Positions 47,800 through 60,731 of a stretch of DNA of 64,000 bases are shown in pieces. The stretch is from the NCBI GenBank assembly GCA_973895155.1, contig OZ316897.1, forward strand, positions 7,306,470 through 7,370,469, read 5' to 3'. The notes under the pieces are model-generated. The model saw only the letters and a list, made by a program, of their open reading frames with translations. It had not been told where the DNA came from and did no database searches. Both the position numbers and the translations under genes were made by a program. Within the stretch, counting starts at the first letter, position 1. Each line of letters opens with the position of its first letter. This DNA is from Marsupella aquatica (lineage: Eukaryota; Plantae; Marchantiophyta).

Positions 47800-50700
47800 A
47801 CCTTCATTTTCCCATCGTCTTCCAAGTTATTGTCTAGCGCCTCATTTCCTCCAAACCCACTCTTTTGTTTGAAAAGCTTGACTCGTTGCCCTGCATAAGG
47901 TGTACAATGCTCTGTTCCATCCAACTCTTGAATGCTGTAAGTCGCATTGTCATGAACCTTAGTCACCACATAAGGTCCTCCCCACCTTCTTGCAAACTTC
48001 TTAAGTGCTGAATGTTGATTATCCAAACTGTTGTCTGAAATCAACACCCAATCACCTTTGTGGATGAGAATTGGTCGGAGTCGATGGGTTTTATCAAAGC
48101 GAATCTTGTTCTTCAAGCGCGCCTCTGTCACCCTCTCCCTTGCAAGCTTTATCATTTTTGGTTTAAGACTGAAGTGCTTAATCCTTCTTGCAATCAATTC
48201 TTCAGTTGAGACCAGATCTCTCCACTCTATGGTGCGCCAGCTACAGACATCTTCCTCAATTGGCATGAGTGGTAGATGCCTTGAAACTAGCTCGACTGGT
48301 GGAAATCCAGTGACCAAACTACAAGTCATTCTATCAGCCATGAGTGCCAAAGGTAGCAAATCAGGCCATAGTGAAGGCTTACCATGACACGCTTTCACTG
48401 ATGCATTGACAATAGGTGGATCTCCTCTTTCATTTTTGTCATTTGCCTTTGGATTGTAAGCTCTGGTTAGCTTGAGGCAAATATGAAATTTCTGGAAGAA
48501 CTCTCTTGCCTCATCGGAATCTAACTCTCCACGATTTGCTCGTATTTGGGAGAAGCAGTCATGTCTAGAAATGATATCCTCCAAGATGAATCGACAAACT
48601 TGTGAAGTTGTGTTTGATGTCAGTGCTCTTCCCTCCACATATGACGACAAGTCTTCCCTAGCTAGAACTAGGAACTTGGCTCCATGAACTCCCAATGGCA
48701 TATGAACCAGATCAAGCACCCATTGAAAGTGAAGTGCTAATGGACGAGTTGGCCTTAACCCATCACGATGCCGAATTTTGAAGTAGACTTGACGAATTTC
48801 ACAAGTCTCTACATACCTTCGCACATCCGTATAGACTCCGGGCCACCAATATAATCCTCTGACCCTGTCATATGTGGGCTTGAACTCCTCGATGGCCATC
48901 TATCTCCTTATCATGACATTCTTGTAGAATCATGATCTTGGTGTCTTCATCTCCCACCACTCTCATCAGTATCTGGTTTGACTTCTTCGCTCAGCGCCAT
49001 AAGTACCCATCTTGTAGAAGAAAACCATAAGACTTCTTCATAATCTTTTCAAATTCTTCTTTGCTCCATTCTGGATCTTTCTCTAATGTATTAAGATACC
49101 TTCCTATAGTGAGAAGCTCATCAGAGTATAACTCCTCTCTAAAAGTTGGCATCTCTGATACCTCATTTGCTTCTACTCTGCATTCCTCATGCTCATCATA
49201 TCGAGCTCTAGATAGCATATCGGCTACTGGATTGTTCTTTCCTACTATATGCTTCAGTTTTGGATTAATCATTCTGATGAATGCTATCCATCGTAGCATT
49301 GCTATATCAGGGGTATCACAATTTGCAATCATCCCTAATAATGGCAAGCAATCCGTCTCAAGAACTACATACGCATCAATCAAGCTATCTTTCTCTTGTT
49401 TTAATGCAATTTTTGCACCCACAACTCACGCTTGACTTGAGGGTACCTTCTTTGCCACTTGGTGAAGATCTTTGCTCCAAATCTCGATGCATATCTGTTG
49501 CCTTCCTTATCATCTTGTCCAAGCGCCCATCCTGTAGCATAAGGACTTGAATCCACCGTGATGATTATCGGCTGCCCATTGGTGTTTAACAGACGCAGGA
49601 CTGGTGACTTCTATAGTGCTTCCTTTAATCTGCTCATTGCAGTTGTATGGTCTATTGTCCATACAAACTTGGTCCTCTTTCTCAAGAGTTGATATAGGGG
49701 TTCTGCAATATGAGCAAAGTGCAGAATCCAAATACGATAGAAGACACATCCTCCGAGAAATCTCCTTACTTCTTGCACTGTGGTGCAATCTCTCATCTTG
49801 TTGATTGCATCCACCTTATCGTTGTTTGATTTGCGGCCATATTTTCCACACATATATCCTACGACCAATATCTCCTTAAGTCCAAAGGTAGACTTCTCAC
49901 CAGAAAGAGTTACTCCTGCTTCTATCAACCGATGTAGAATGGCTTCCACATCTTGCATATGCTCCCAAATGAACTGCCTCATTCCGTCCTTCCTCAATGT
50001 CTCATCTTTTTTACCTTTCGCACATCCCTTGATTGGTATGTCATCAAGAAATGGACGAGTTTTCTTTGGAATAAATAATTGCAAAATACGATTCATAGCA
50101 TTTTGCATATGTGCCACTGAGTTTGTTGCTCCTTGTGGAAGGGTACACATCTTCAATAACCCAAGTGGAGTTGTCATTGTAGTGATGTCTCGGCTTCCTT
50201 CTGCAAGCTGAAATTGATCATATCCTGAGTAGAGATCTCCAATTGAATAGACGGCCCTTCTTGCAAACCCCTTCGCAAATTCATCCACAATTGGACCAGT
50301 TTCTACATTGCGAATGGTAACTCTATTTGGTGGGTGCATATCCTGTATGAACCTTAGCTTCCCATTCTTCTTTCGAATTGTAAACCACCGATTGGAGTAT
50401 GGTGCCTCTGACCTCTCCAAAATCTTGGCTCTTAGCTTTTCTTTTAGTAGTTCCACTAGTTGCGGTAGCAAAGCCTTAGGAATCGGAATAGGTTTCAAGT
50501 CCCATGGTATATGCGGAACTATGAAAATCACCATTGGTGCTATCTTGCGTGGATTAGCACACCCAATCTCCTCAATATTGAAGGCAAAAGCCTTCCTATT
50601 TCTAGCAATCATCTCTTTGAAGGCATCTTGCTCAACCATGGTAAGCAAGCCATCTCCTCCAATCTTGATTTGCTCCAATGTCTCCTTTGTGAAGACATGG

Positions 50701-52740
50701 CCTATTCTCTTGGAATCTCTCAATCTTGGCTCTTCTTGTGCTCTTTGTAGCAATTCTCCTGCTTCCAAAGGAAATGGAACCGCGGCTGGTCGAACCTTTC
50801 TATCCACTGTTTTGTACTTTGTGTTGACGTTCACTGCTTCATAGACTAGATGAGATACTAGTTCATGAAGTTCTCTCCCAATCTCAATTTCTGATTCGCC
50901 TTGCTCAATTGACAAAATCACTTGCTCCACAGACTTGCCTTCTCCTTGTTCTTGTAGTATACCAAGAATTGTCTCGCCTTCTTCAATTTCCTTTGCTGCT
51001 TGCATCATACCTTCTCTTCTCCTCAATCTTTTTTGTAGTTTTCTAGTTGCTTCCTTTGTATGTAAGGAGACAACCTTATCTGTCCCTATGCCAACACATG
51101 AGGATGTGAAATACTTCTCAATACTGACTTCTTCAGCTTGTGGTGGGGTTATCCTCTTGGCGCCTTGATCTCCCACCTTTGTTGTCGGGACGCCTAGTGG
51201 AAACCCCAAGTATTTTTCTTCTTTGGAGCCCTAAGCTCCCGCCTATTTCTCTCGTTTCCTGGCCAAACAGTCAGAAATTGGATGATTCTCATACCATTGT
51301 GGCTCTTCACCTTTGCCACATGTGTGCCATCATCCAACACCTTAGTCTCCATTCTCAGTTGTGTGATGAATGGCTGCCCTAAAATGATTGGATATGATAG
51401 ACTATCATGGACAAAAATATTAATAGGCTCAATTACGTTATCTTCACATCTGGGCAAGCACCCCATAATGCATTTTTGGTGGCATTGACAAAATTCACCT
51501 TCCACTGGATGTTGCAGTCCACAACCCACTGCCCGTCTTCGTACAATTTCTTTGACATCAGATTCACTTCCGATCCTGTGTCAATTAATGCACGGACTGG
51601 TCCCTCAATCCCCTCCATCTCAATTTCACATTCATTGCACCCTCGGGCCCAATATGATTCTTGTGTCTCCTCAACCTTGGACGCCAAAGACCCACTTCTT
51701 TCTTCACCTGTAGCTTCATAGACTGCAACGGTTTTCTCAACTTGCTCCAAATCATCTTCATGGTCCACCTCTAGTTGATAACTTTCTCCGATATCACTTT
51801 CATCCTCTTGCGAAAGCTGAAGTGTGTGTGGACCTTCCTTGTACAATCTCTTTTTCTTTGCTTTGGACAATATGATGTCCTCCACATCTCTTCTCAGACT
51901 GCCAAAGAATTCCTCATTAGAAAAACCCTTCACTTCTTGTCTCCAAAACTTGTTGGCAACTTCTTGCGGATCAAGTTCCATCTCCACCTCTCGGCTCAAT
52001 ATCCATCCTGGTCCATTTCTGCTTGCCGACAGTGGTTTGTCAGAATCCTTTGAACTTGCCACAGTACTTGGATTGGGATCGTGATTCATTGGATCTTTCT
52101 CTTCAAATTGTACTTCCTTTCTTCTAAGCGGTCTCTTGACGGCTTCCACTCGTTGTTGTTTCTCCCTGGATTGAACTTCCTCTTGTGACTGCGAATCACT
52201 CTTCCTCTTTTTGTCAACCATGGCTTCCCATGCAGCTCCAACTTCTGCTGTGATTGAAGTTATGAGTACGGGTGTATCATAGCCACTCTTTTACCGCAAA
52301 TGCTCCGCCAATCTTCTCTTCTCAACTTCACCTAGCTTCTTCTCGCATATTGTCTCACTTTGAGCATTGTAGACATTGGGTTTGAACGCAGCAGTAACCA
52401 TTGCTGACTCCCTTTCTCTCAAATGCTTCTCCACCAAAGCTTTCATTCCTCCTTTGTTGTTGTTCAATGGCACAGGTTCACCAGTATCATAGAAAACAAT
52501 CTTCTTTATGCCTGGTTCATCAACAAACTTGATCATTTGCTTATGGAGTGCCATAGACAGCTCTGTGCATTCTTGCTTGGTATGATCTTTGCTATCACAC
52601 CACATACATGAATAGATTCTACTCTTGCTAGAGCTTCCTCTTTCATGAACATCCTCTTGAATCACTTGTTGTCCAAGCACTTTAGTGGTCAGGATTTTTA
52701 ATCCTTCCATCAACTTGGATAACTCGTCCACCGCATTCTC
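47800..52740 (-). pseudogene. Gypsy gag(partial)-PR-RT-RH-INT, multiply disrupted
   Basis: CMWCDSKDHTKQEC, ALIDTGSEVNLM, PFLDDIPIKG, NPVADMLSR, RWGGPY. Confidence 0.93.
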
Positions 52741-52767
52741 CTAAACCCTAAACCCTAAACCCTAAAC
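52740..52767 (-). repeat. About 4 units of plant telomeric repeat (TTTAGGG) at a deletion junction
   Basis: CCTAAA(CCCTAAA)3C sits between the LTR end and mid-gag. Confidence 0.85.
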
Positions 52768-53082
52768 TTATCACTTGTAAGAGACCTCATGCTTAGAACC
52801 AATTTCCTTGAGAGCCTTGTCCCCTCCTGGCCATTTTTCAAGTTCCTTGGGTTCCCCTGTGCCTCTTGCGGTTTTCTCCAGATAAACTGGGTGGGAAGGG
52901 CGTACCCTTTCCCGCAAGGACTTCTAAGCACTTTTGGTACCAAGAGATATGTGTGATCTATTCCAAATAATGGCAATAACACCAGAGTAGTCAGGGCCAG
53001 GTCCACACTCCACAAATCTCTCATCCAAGTGATAATCTTCTCTACTTGCTTCTATCAACTCTTGGCTATGATCTCTCTTCTA

Positions 53083-53298
53083 TTACACTATTATGAACAC
53101 ACTCACATCCCCATCTGTGCATCTATATAGTATTAATGGATCCGACGACGCGATAATTGCAGTGTATCCTTCTTCCTCAAACTTCTGTGTAAGAACCTGC
53201 CTAATATCTACCTTCCTCTTTACTATCAACTTAATGCTCACCGTAGAATGCAAATTCAGAATCTGTGGACTCTCATTCAAATCAATATTGACATTCAT
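53083..53298 (-). CDS. LTR-encoded small protein (71 aa), 5' LTR copy
   Basis: Intact; one amino-acid difference from 46779..46994. Confidence 0.65.
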   Translation of the reverse strand: MNVNIDLNESPQILNLHSTVSIKLIVKRKVDIRQVLTQKFEEEGYTAIIASSDPLILYRCTDGDVSVFIIV

Positions 53299-54360
53299 AC
53301 TTCCTATTATGCTTACTAACTAAGATAGGTTCAGCGGTAGAGCCGTCCCTACTTGATCACAGGTTCGTGGATATTATATCTATGGTATTGGTGGCATAGC
53401 CGACCTTGCCAGATTCAAAGCTTCATCTTCAAGGTACTCGAGTGGTGGTAGTGCCTTCCATGACCAAGAATCAAGAAACTTAGAACCCTTCCACCATAGA
53501 AACCGATGGCATAGCCATTCCGTTAGTCCTAGAACCAATGTTCAAGCATTCCTCCAATGCAAATGCACATAATATGCGCTCTATGCACTCTCTATCCTCA
53601 CACTCATACACTTGAAATGCTGGAAAATTGACTCCCCTGGAAGGGCGAGCCTCCCTCTTATTAATAGTTGGAGCTAGGCCACGCTGGTCCCTTTACAAGA
53701 GTATCCTAGAAGATACTAGAATTAACTAGAACTTATTAGAACTTACTTTTTACCACAGTAAATTCTAGAACTCACTTTTTTACCATGGTAAATTCTAGAA
53801 GTTACCAGAATTTACCTTTTTACTATGGTAAATACTAGAAATTACTATTTACTAAGGTAGATTTTAGAAGTTACTAGAATTTATCTTTTTACTATGGTAA
53901 ATTCTAGAAGTGACTATTTACTATGGTAGATCTTGAAAATTACCATGATTTATAATTTCACTTGGTAAAACCCAAAATCTTTTTTTTACCATAAAAACCT
54001 CTACTTTTATATTTTCACACAAAACCAAGCTATTCTCCATATAATCTAATTCCCTTACGACAACGTACTCTTGCACCCCTGGGTATGTATAAAGACCTCA
54101 CCGGGCTCATCATGATCCACTCCATACTCTCCTGACAACGTACACTTTGTGTGTGGAGATGAAACTCAACCTGAACCTGAGAATTTTGGGCACCAGGTCA
54201 CAATGCCTACAATTGCTGTAAATTAAAGTTCTCACCATAGATTCAACAACTCAAATCATCATCCTGGGAAGATCTCCTAGAACTTCTTGAGAGATGTTCT
54301 ATTACTCTAACGAGTCAGTGCCTAGAACTGTCACGTATGTATCCCAACCTTCGTCTTGCA

Positions 54361-54754
54361 TGTAGAAGTTCCTCAAAAAGTAACCCTTAGCATGTTAGGT
54401 ATCTACTCAAGGTCTAGGGTTACGACATGTAACCGTAGTTAGGCTAACCATAGTTGGAGACATGGTTAGGTTAACTGGGATGCACACTATATCCCAAGCG
54501 GTGTTTGCTTGGATAAGTGGAACTTAGGCTCATGGTTACGGAGCCACTTGAGAGATGAGGAGAGCTTACACTGTGGAGACTTGGTTATAGGGGATCGGAC
54601 GAGCTTAGAGTTCAGTAAAGCTCTCTTGTGTGTTCCTGTGGACGTAGCCTTGAGGAGGTGAACCACGTATCTCTTGTGTCAACTACTTGCGCATTAGATG
54701 TGTCATGTGCTTATCGTTGCAATTGTCATCTATGCTCAACATAGCAGCCCTACA
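54361..54754 (+). repeat. Probable copia solo-LTR remnant
   Basis: TGTAG..CTACA termini and the GTGGACGTAGCC..GGTGAACCACGT motif also seen in the 2671-2978 LTR; no matching TSD found. Confidence 0.5.
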
Positions 54755-55486
54755 TTTTTGGAAAAAATTGAATCACTAATTCCTACAGAATCTGCTAATT
54801 ATGTGTGACGTGTGACCTTCCCAAGCATGGGTGTGTTCACAAGTTGTCATTCCCATAGCCTGATTTTACAGGGAAGTGTATGGGAAGAGGATACAACAAA
54901 CTAGGAGCACTAAATGAAATAAGTATTGAATTTAAACACATCAACTATATTACAATTTTGTTGCGCTTGAAGGGCGAGCAAGATAGTCTAAGTATTGCTT
55001 ACAAGTTTGTTTTGGGAAAATATCAGTAGGGCCCTTAAGGCCAACAATGTTAGAATACCGAGACGATACAAATGAAATGAATCTCACCATGAAAAATTCT
55101 CCACACCCATTAAAACAAATTGGTCAAATAACAACAATGGATAGCTTTGAAAGTCGGTCTATCAATGGACCTGTCTGGCTGGCTGGGGTTATCTTTGGCA
55201 GCAATTTGGAATTCCTTGGTAGTGAGTGCTTTCTAATCCTTGGCAGTAGACAATCCTCTTTTTTTTGGAATAAAACCCACCCACGGGAAGGGGGGCCAAA
55301 GCCATACAAGGCAAATGAAAATGCCAGAAAAAACAAAAAAGACAGTGGGCCAGTAGCAGCCAGGAACCTAAACTCCCAGTCAAAGCAATATAAAGCGGGT
55401 ATAGAGATAGGAGTCGGGACCAGAAGACCTCTCCAAGAAAGGGCATCAAGAGCCGTATTTCTAACACTAAAAATGGTGGTGAGTGC

Positions 55487-56465
55487 TCAACTATAGAGCC
55501 TAGCATCTGTACGCGTCATCCAGATTACTCTCTCCTTACTTACTAGATCTTTAATTCTGAGAAGTCTAGTATGTTTCCTGCTAGGACCTGAAGCCTCACA
55601 TAGACCATGGAGAGAATCTAAAAGTTTTGACAAGACCAGGTTCATGTTAAAAGTTCTGGTTTGCTTAGAATTAAAAACTTGTTCGTTCCTTGCAAGCCAT
55701 AAGGCCCACATAGTGTGGAAAATCATAAAGATTTTGAGGGACTTCGCAACTCCATCGTTTCCTCGAAGTTCCAAAGTGGTAAAGAGACCAACTTGTTGCC
55801 AGTTGAGAGTGCCCAGACAGGTTAGACCCACTAGAGTCTAGCAGCGTTGAGCAAACAAGCAAGAGAGGAATAAATGTGGGATCGTCTCCAAAACATTTGC
55901 GCAGAGCAAGCAATGGCCATCTCCTTTACCGATCCTCCTTGCTCTAACCCCGGTAAAAAGACCCTGAGCTACTATTCTCCAGAGAAAGGTGCATGCTCTG
56001 AGAGGAAGATTGGTGGACCAAAGCAAGATCCAAAGTTTGCTCCAGTTCCTTTCAGCGCGTGAATGGCCCCAAATCCTATTGAGCCTGATAAAGTCTGAGC
56101 CTTTAGGTCTCAAAAGCTGATATGTTCGTGCATTGGACAAATGAAAATTTTCCAGCCTCTCCTCCTTGTCTGACTAGCGCCATTGTGTGGCTCTCGACCT
56201 GAAAAAGTCCCTCTCATCTGATGTGCCCTGGATTTTTCCAATGAACAGCAGGCATAGCTCCCAAATCCTCCATTCTGCACCTCTGATGCATAATAGCTTG
56301 CCAGTATAGTAATGTAGAACCAAGTCATGTTCTCCCCTAAGATCCGCAATTTTCCTTATGCCAATGCTTCCAAGCACTTAATCATAGAGCAAGCGTAGGA
56401 TCATCCAGATGCTGAAAATTTTCTAAACATCTGAGCACGTCTTCAATACTCCACTAGCTAGCCAC
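55487..56465 (-). mobile_element. L1-type LINE ORF2 3' fragment (zf-RVT region)
   Basis: LW...LP.RACTFLWR....L.TG..C.LC...ETI.HLF.SC and WALWLARNEQVF. Confidence 0.85.
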
Positions 56466-56529
56466 CCTAGAAGCCATCAGGGAGAAAATAAGATGTGAGC
56501 TTGGCAATAGACAATCTTAGGCAGCCAGT

Positions 56530-58650
56530 GAGCAACTTGTCATGCGCATACACATTGTTACACAACATACATTGTTTGTCACACACATCCAAACATATCC
56601 ACAATGCAACATCACAAACACAAGAGAATGAAATACAAGTGGAACTCATCTCCACACATGTCCAAAACCCACAATAATCTTCACAACAATCGGCACAACG
56701 ATCCCGGTCAACAATACCCCATCAATCTCGCACTGATCCGATCACACACGTATGTCAAGCCAACGCACCTTGCACTAGTACTCAAGGAATCCACGCTGCA
56801 CAAGCGGAGCTCACAGCCACCATAGCCACACTTGAGCTTCTCTCTCTCCAAGGCTCAACATCGAAAGATGACCTTTCGATGCCTCACAAGGGAGAACTAC
56901 TCTCCCACAAAAACCTAATGAAACCCTATCGGCTCCCTTAGCACACATACAAAACATACATACTCAACTAGCACTATATACTACAACAACATCTAGAATG
57001 GTGATTGTGACAGCTGTCGTGCGCATACACATCACTACACAATATACATCGCTTGTCACACACATCCAAACATATCCACAATGCAACATCACAAACACAA
57101 GAGAATGGAATACAAGTGGAACTCATGTCCACACATGTCCAAAACCCACAATCGCCCCCCTACTGGGAGTAAGGTCCCCTAACTCTAGCTAGCCATGAGT
57201 TCTACAAGGCTGGTATACACCTTTTTAAGTGTGAAGATCAGGAGTCTAGGTGCAAGTGAGCCCCATCAATCACCTTCATGCAATCCATATTTGCCAAGAG
57301 AACATAAATGATAACTAGTCGGCTTCACCGACACTGAGGACACAACCATGATCCACTAGGAATCACCTGCAATGGTGGTGTCAAACATGACATTGCCATC
57401 CTCTAGAACAATTATCATAAATCAACATGATAGTAGTTGCTCCCTGAGCAGATCCACACAACATACATTTCAAGCCAGCACAAACATGTGCCAAGATTGG
57501 ATCTATTGTACCATCAATGTTGGGAAGGTGACATGGTACACAGTTGTGCACATGATCCTTCCAAACCATACCATCGCGTCCCTCCAAACATTGGGACACC
57601 AGAAGGCAACACTTCATGCACACATAAGATTTTCCGGTCTACGGTCATATAAAGTATCGTGGGTGTTGTCTACAGCAAATAAACATAATCACCAGGATGA
57701 AATTATCGAATGCTTGCACGGTAACCTCCTCCACGAATAGTGGCATACCTCAAAGTATCATGATGTTGGGCAATGGCAAGGTTGTCAAAAGCCATGGGCA
57801 TGACTCTCTAAAATACCCGTGCTCTCTTTGAACACACCTTGACCCAAACATCAGGATCATCCAAGTTCAAAACTGATGCACCATCACGACAAATAGCTGT
57901 TGGCAAATCTGGCTCTCTACCATAGAGCAAAAAGTAAGGTGAGAAGGATGCAAGTGATGCTTGCCAACTAAAACAGTATCCCATAGCTAACCAAGGTAGT
58001 TGGAGATCCCAATCTCCCAGATGACCAACCTGCAAGCCATACGTACTTACACAATCCTCTCTTCACAATTTGCACAACTCTCTTAGCTAATCCATCTGCC
58101 TCAAGATGATCACGAGAGGTAGTACGATGATCAATCAGAGCTTGCTCACACAAATTCTCAAACTCTCCACGGAACTCAGTTCCTTGATCAGTCAACACCT
58201 CAACTGGTGCTCCAAAATGACTGAGTACACAATCCAAAAATGTAGCAACAACTCCTCCACTGGCTCTATCTGGCAATGTCACTAGCTCAATCCACTTGGA
58301 AAAGTGCTCCACCATGACCAAAACATATCGATTATGATGTTGGGTAAGAGGTAATGGACCAACAAAATCCAAATTCCAATAATATCCCAAACCCATGATT
58401 GGCAACAGATGCAACTGGGGAGTGGGAGCATTAAATGATGCTCTCCCTCTATCACACACTTAGCTATCAACTGTTGGACATGAGTGTGCATACCACGCCA
58501 CCAATACTGTGACTGCAACAAGCTATAAGTGCGCTTCACACCAAATTGACCCAACTCCTCGTGTGCATGTTGCATCAAATGTATTCGTTGTGATGGTTTT
58601 GGTACCACCAACACCCTACCATCACGCAGTACTCTCAGAAGATGCATTTG
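56530..58650 (-). mobile_element. Gypsy 3' fragment: integrase with C-terminal PHD finger, PPT and LTR
   Basis: LDFVGPLP..RYVLVMVEHFSKWIE, VLTDQGTEF, PHD remnant CMLC..ML..DNCSRGW. PPT at 57153-57161; the LTR starts at 57150 and its first about 140 bp recur at 56673-56530. Confidence 0.8.
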
Positions 58651-59146
58651 TCGAAAGAGAAGAATTCAGAGATGCAGATGCCAATAGTGTGTCTGTGCCC
58701 TGAGTAATGTGAATTGTTTGCATGGACATTAGTGAGGGGAAGGATGACATGTAGTAAAGTAATTGTCAAGCAACGTTAATAGAGAGATATGGATGGATGC
58801 CTGGTGATTGTGGTTGCAATGTGTTATACAGGAAGACCATAGATGACATGTTTTTGTGGTCCAGTAGGATGGAAGAGAGTGACACAGAGATGTGTGAGTA
58901 TGAAAGGAAAGCTATGGAACGTTGAGCATACATAAAAGTCGCAGAATTGGAAGCCTCCCTGAAAAAGGATGTGGCTAAATTGTAAGGGAGCAATTCTCAA
59001 CCACAACCCTCCGCTGAGTTTGTGTGACATGAATAGTTCAATGTGGCACTAAAATTGTGACTGTATTCTCATATTGGAGTGTTGTAGAACCATAGAATTT
59101 TCAAAGAAACGAAAGGAGTGCGCAAGAAGGGTAACCAGTACTATCT

Positions 59147-60731
59147 TTGGGCCTGAACGTGCGTCGAAGTGAAAGGTTGAGCAAGAAGGTTGTACCTACA
59201 ATGGCAGAATATGGAGATGACATGGATCTTGCACAGGTGGGTGCAGACACCAGACAAGAAGATGCAGATGATGAGTATTTTCCAGAGGAAATGGATGAGG
59301 ATGGGGGTTATGAAGATGAATACATTGTAGAGCAGCCCCAAAAGAAACAAGTAGTTTTCCCAACAAGGTCCTGAGTTAAACTCTCTTGTTTACATGTTTG
59401 ATATCTTCACTACACATATGTACCTTACTTAGGTTGTGACATTGTAGTTGGTGATGTGATGTAGCGTCCTGTCAGTTCTACTTTGCCTGCAAAGCCTGTG
59501 CATGCACCATACCAGGAGGGGGGCTGACCTCTGATCAAGGTTGGCAAGGTGGTAGTAGTGGTAGATCCCAGGCTGGTGCCCAATACTATGGCAGGGGCAA
59601 AGTCAAGGTTATGCCCGTGGTAGAGGCAGAGCAGGTCCAAACCCACAGTCTCGTGGGTATGGACGTCCACCTCAACCATGGGGATGTGAGTATATCTGCA
59701 TGCCAGTTCTTTCTTAAGGCATGGTACTTATGAAGTTCAGACTGCATATCAATTTTTGCATTGACATTGTTTGGGATGTATTGGATTCATACAACATGAA
59801 ATTCTGTCCATCTGCCATTGCATGCAGATTCTGCCCAATCTGATTGGACAAATGTTGGTAATTATGATCAGTTTCAATGTCCATGTACAAGGACAGACAT
59901 GGGTTGAACCAGGTTGGGAGGATGGTGGTGGATCTTGGAATCAACAAGGTTGGGAAGGTGGTGAAGGTAATTGGCAGGGTTTTTAAAATATAGTACCTAC
60001 AAACGCTGGAAGAGGGGCAGGTAATGTTTGAAGTAGTTGCAATGGAAGAACTCATTCTATCTGTAGTCCATTCATGTGGGTATATTCTGAACATGTACAA
60101 TGATAGCAAATGTATGTGTGCAGGTTGGATAGTCAAACCATCGACTCAAGTATTCACTAATGCCCCTATGTAGATGCAGCATGGAAGGGGGGCAGGTATG
60201 TCAGTGAATGTTCACTTGTTTTCCTACAGTTTGTACTTAGTTTTCAGTACATATGTTTGCACATGCATACCTAGAAAGTGACAACATCCAACCCTTGTAC
60301 TAGGCTGGACAGGTGGTCCAGGGTTGCAACAATTCCAGAGTGTAGTCCCTGCACAGATGTCTATAGGCAGAGCTACAGGTATATATGTTTGAAGAATTTT
60401 TCTTGAAGTGAAGCATTGAATGTTGCCGACATTTAATCTGGTGTATGTAGTTCTCAAGCATGAATGGCATTGTATTTTCCCAGGTGACTTTAGAACCCCA
60501 GGTAGGGTGAATCAAGGGGTGCCCATTACACCGCCTAGTACTACCAAGAGCAGTGCACAAGGGGAGGTGACAAAGAAAGGGACAGTAAAGTTGAATGAGA
60601 GACAATGGGTGGATGTTGAGTGTCCTCACAAGAACCGATGGCATGCTGATTTGAAAGCTGAAGTATTGTGCTGGTTAGATGTGAGTGTTATTAATTTTTA
60701 AAAATAGCATCCAAAATATTGGAAGATTGTA
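59147..60731 (+). pseudogene. Fragment of a second CACTA TnpA-like gene, cut by gypsy C
   Basis: GTVKLNERQWVDVECPHKNRWHADLKAEVLCWLDVSVINF is homologous to GRVEVNSEGWITPTCDGKNRWHSDLRGEVLRWLDLSITEF in 22345..23007; an acidic first exon is also present. Confidence 0.75.

Larger units (their letters stand above)
46601..54062 (-). mobile_element. Ty3/gypsy element B (same lineage as A); PBS and gag N-terminus deleted, 3' LTR truncated
   Basis: 5' LTR 52776-54062, 3' LTR 46601-47765 highly similar, PPT at 47766-47776, disrupted gag-PR-RT-RH-INT 52740-47800. Confidence 0.92.

Noticed and set aside
42899-50844. Recurrent antisense ORFs opposite RT (42899..43405, 50308..50844; also 63028..63531)
   Set aside because: Shadow frames of conserved pol codons; no independent evidence.
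52740-52767. Chromosome end or true telomere
   Set aside because: Only about 4 units, embedded inside a retroelement.
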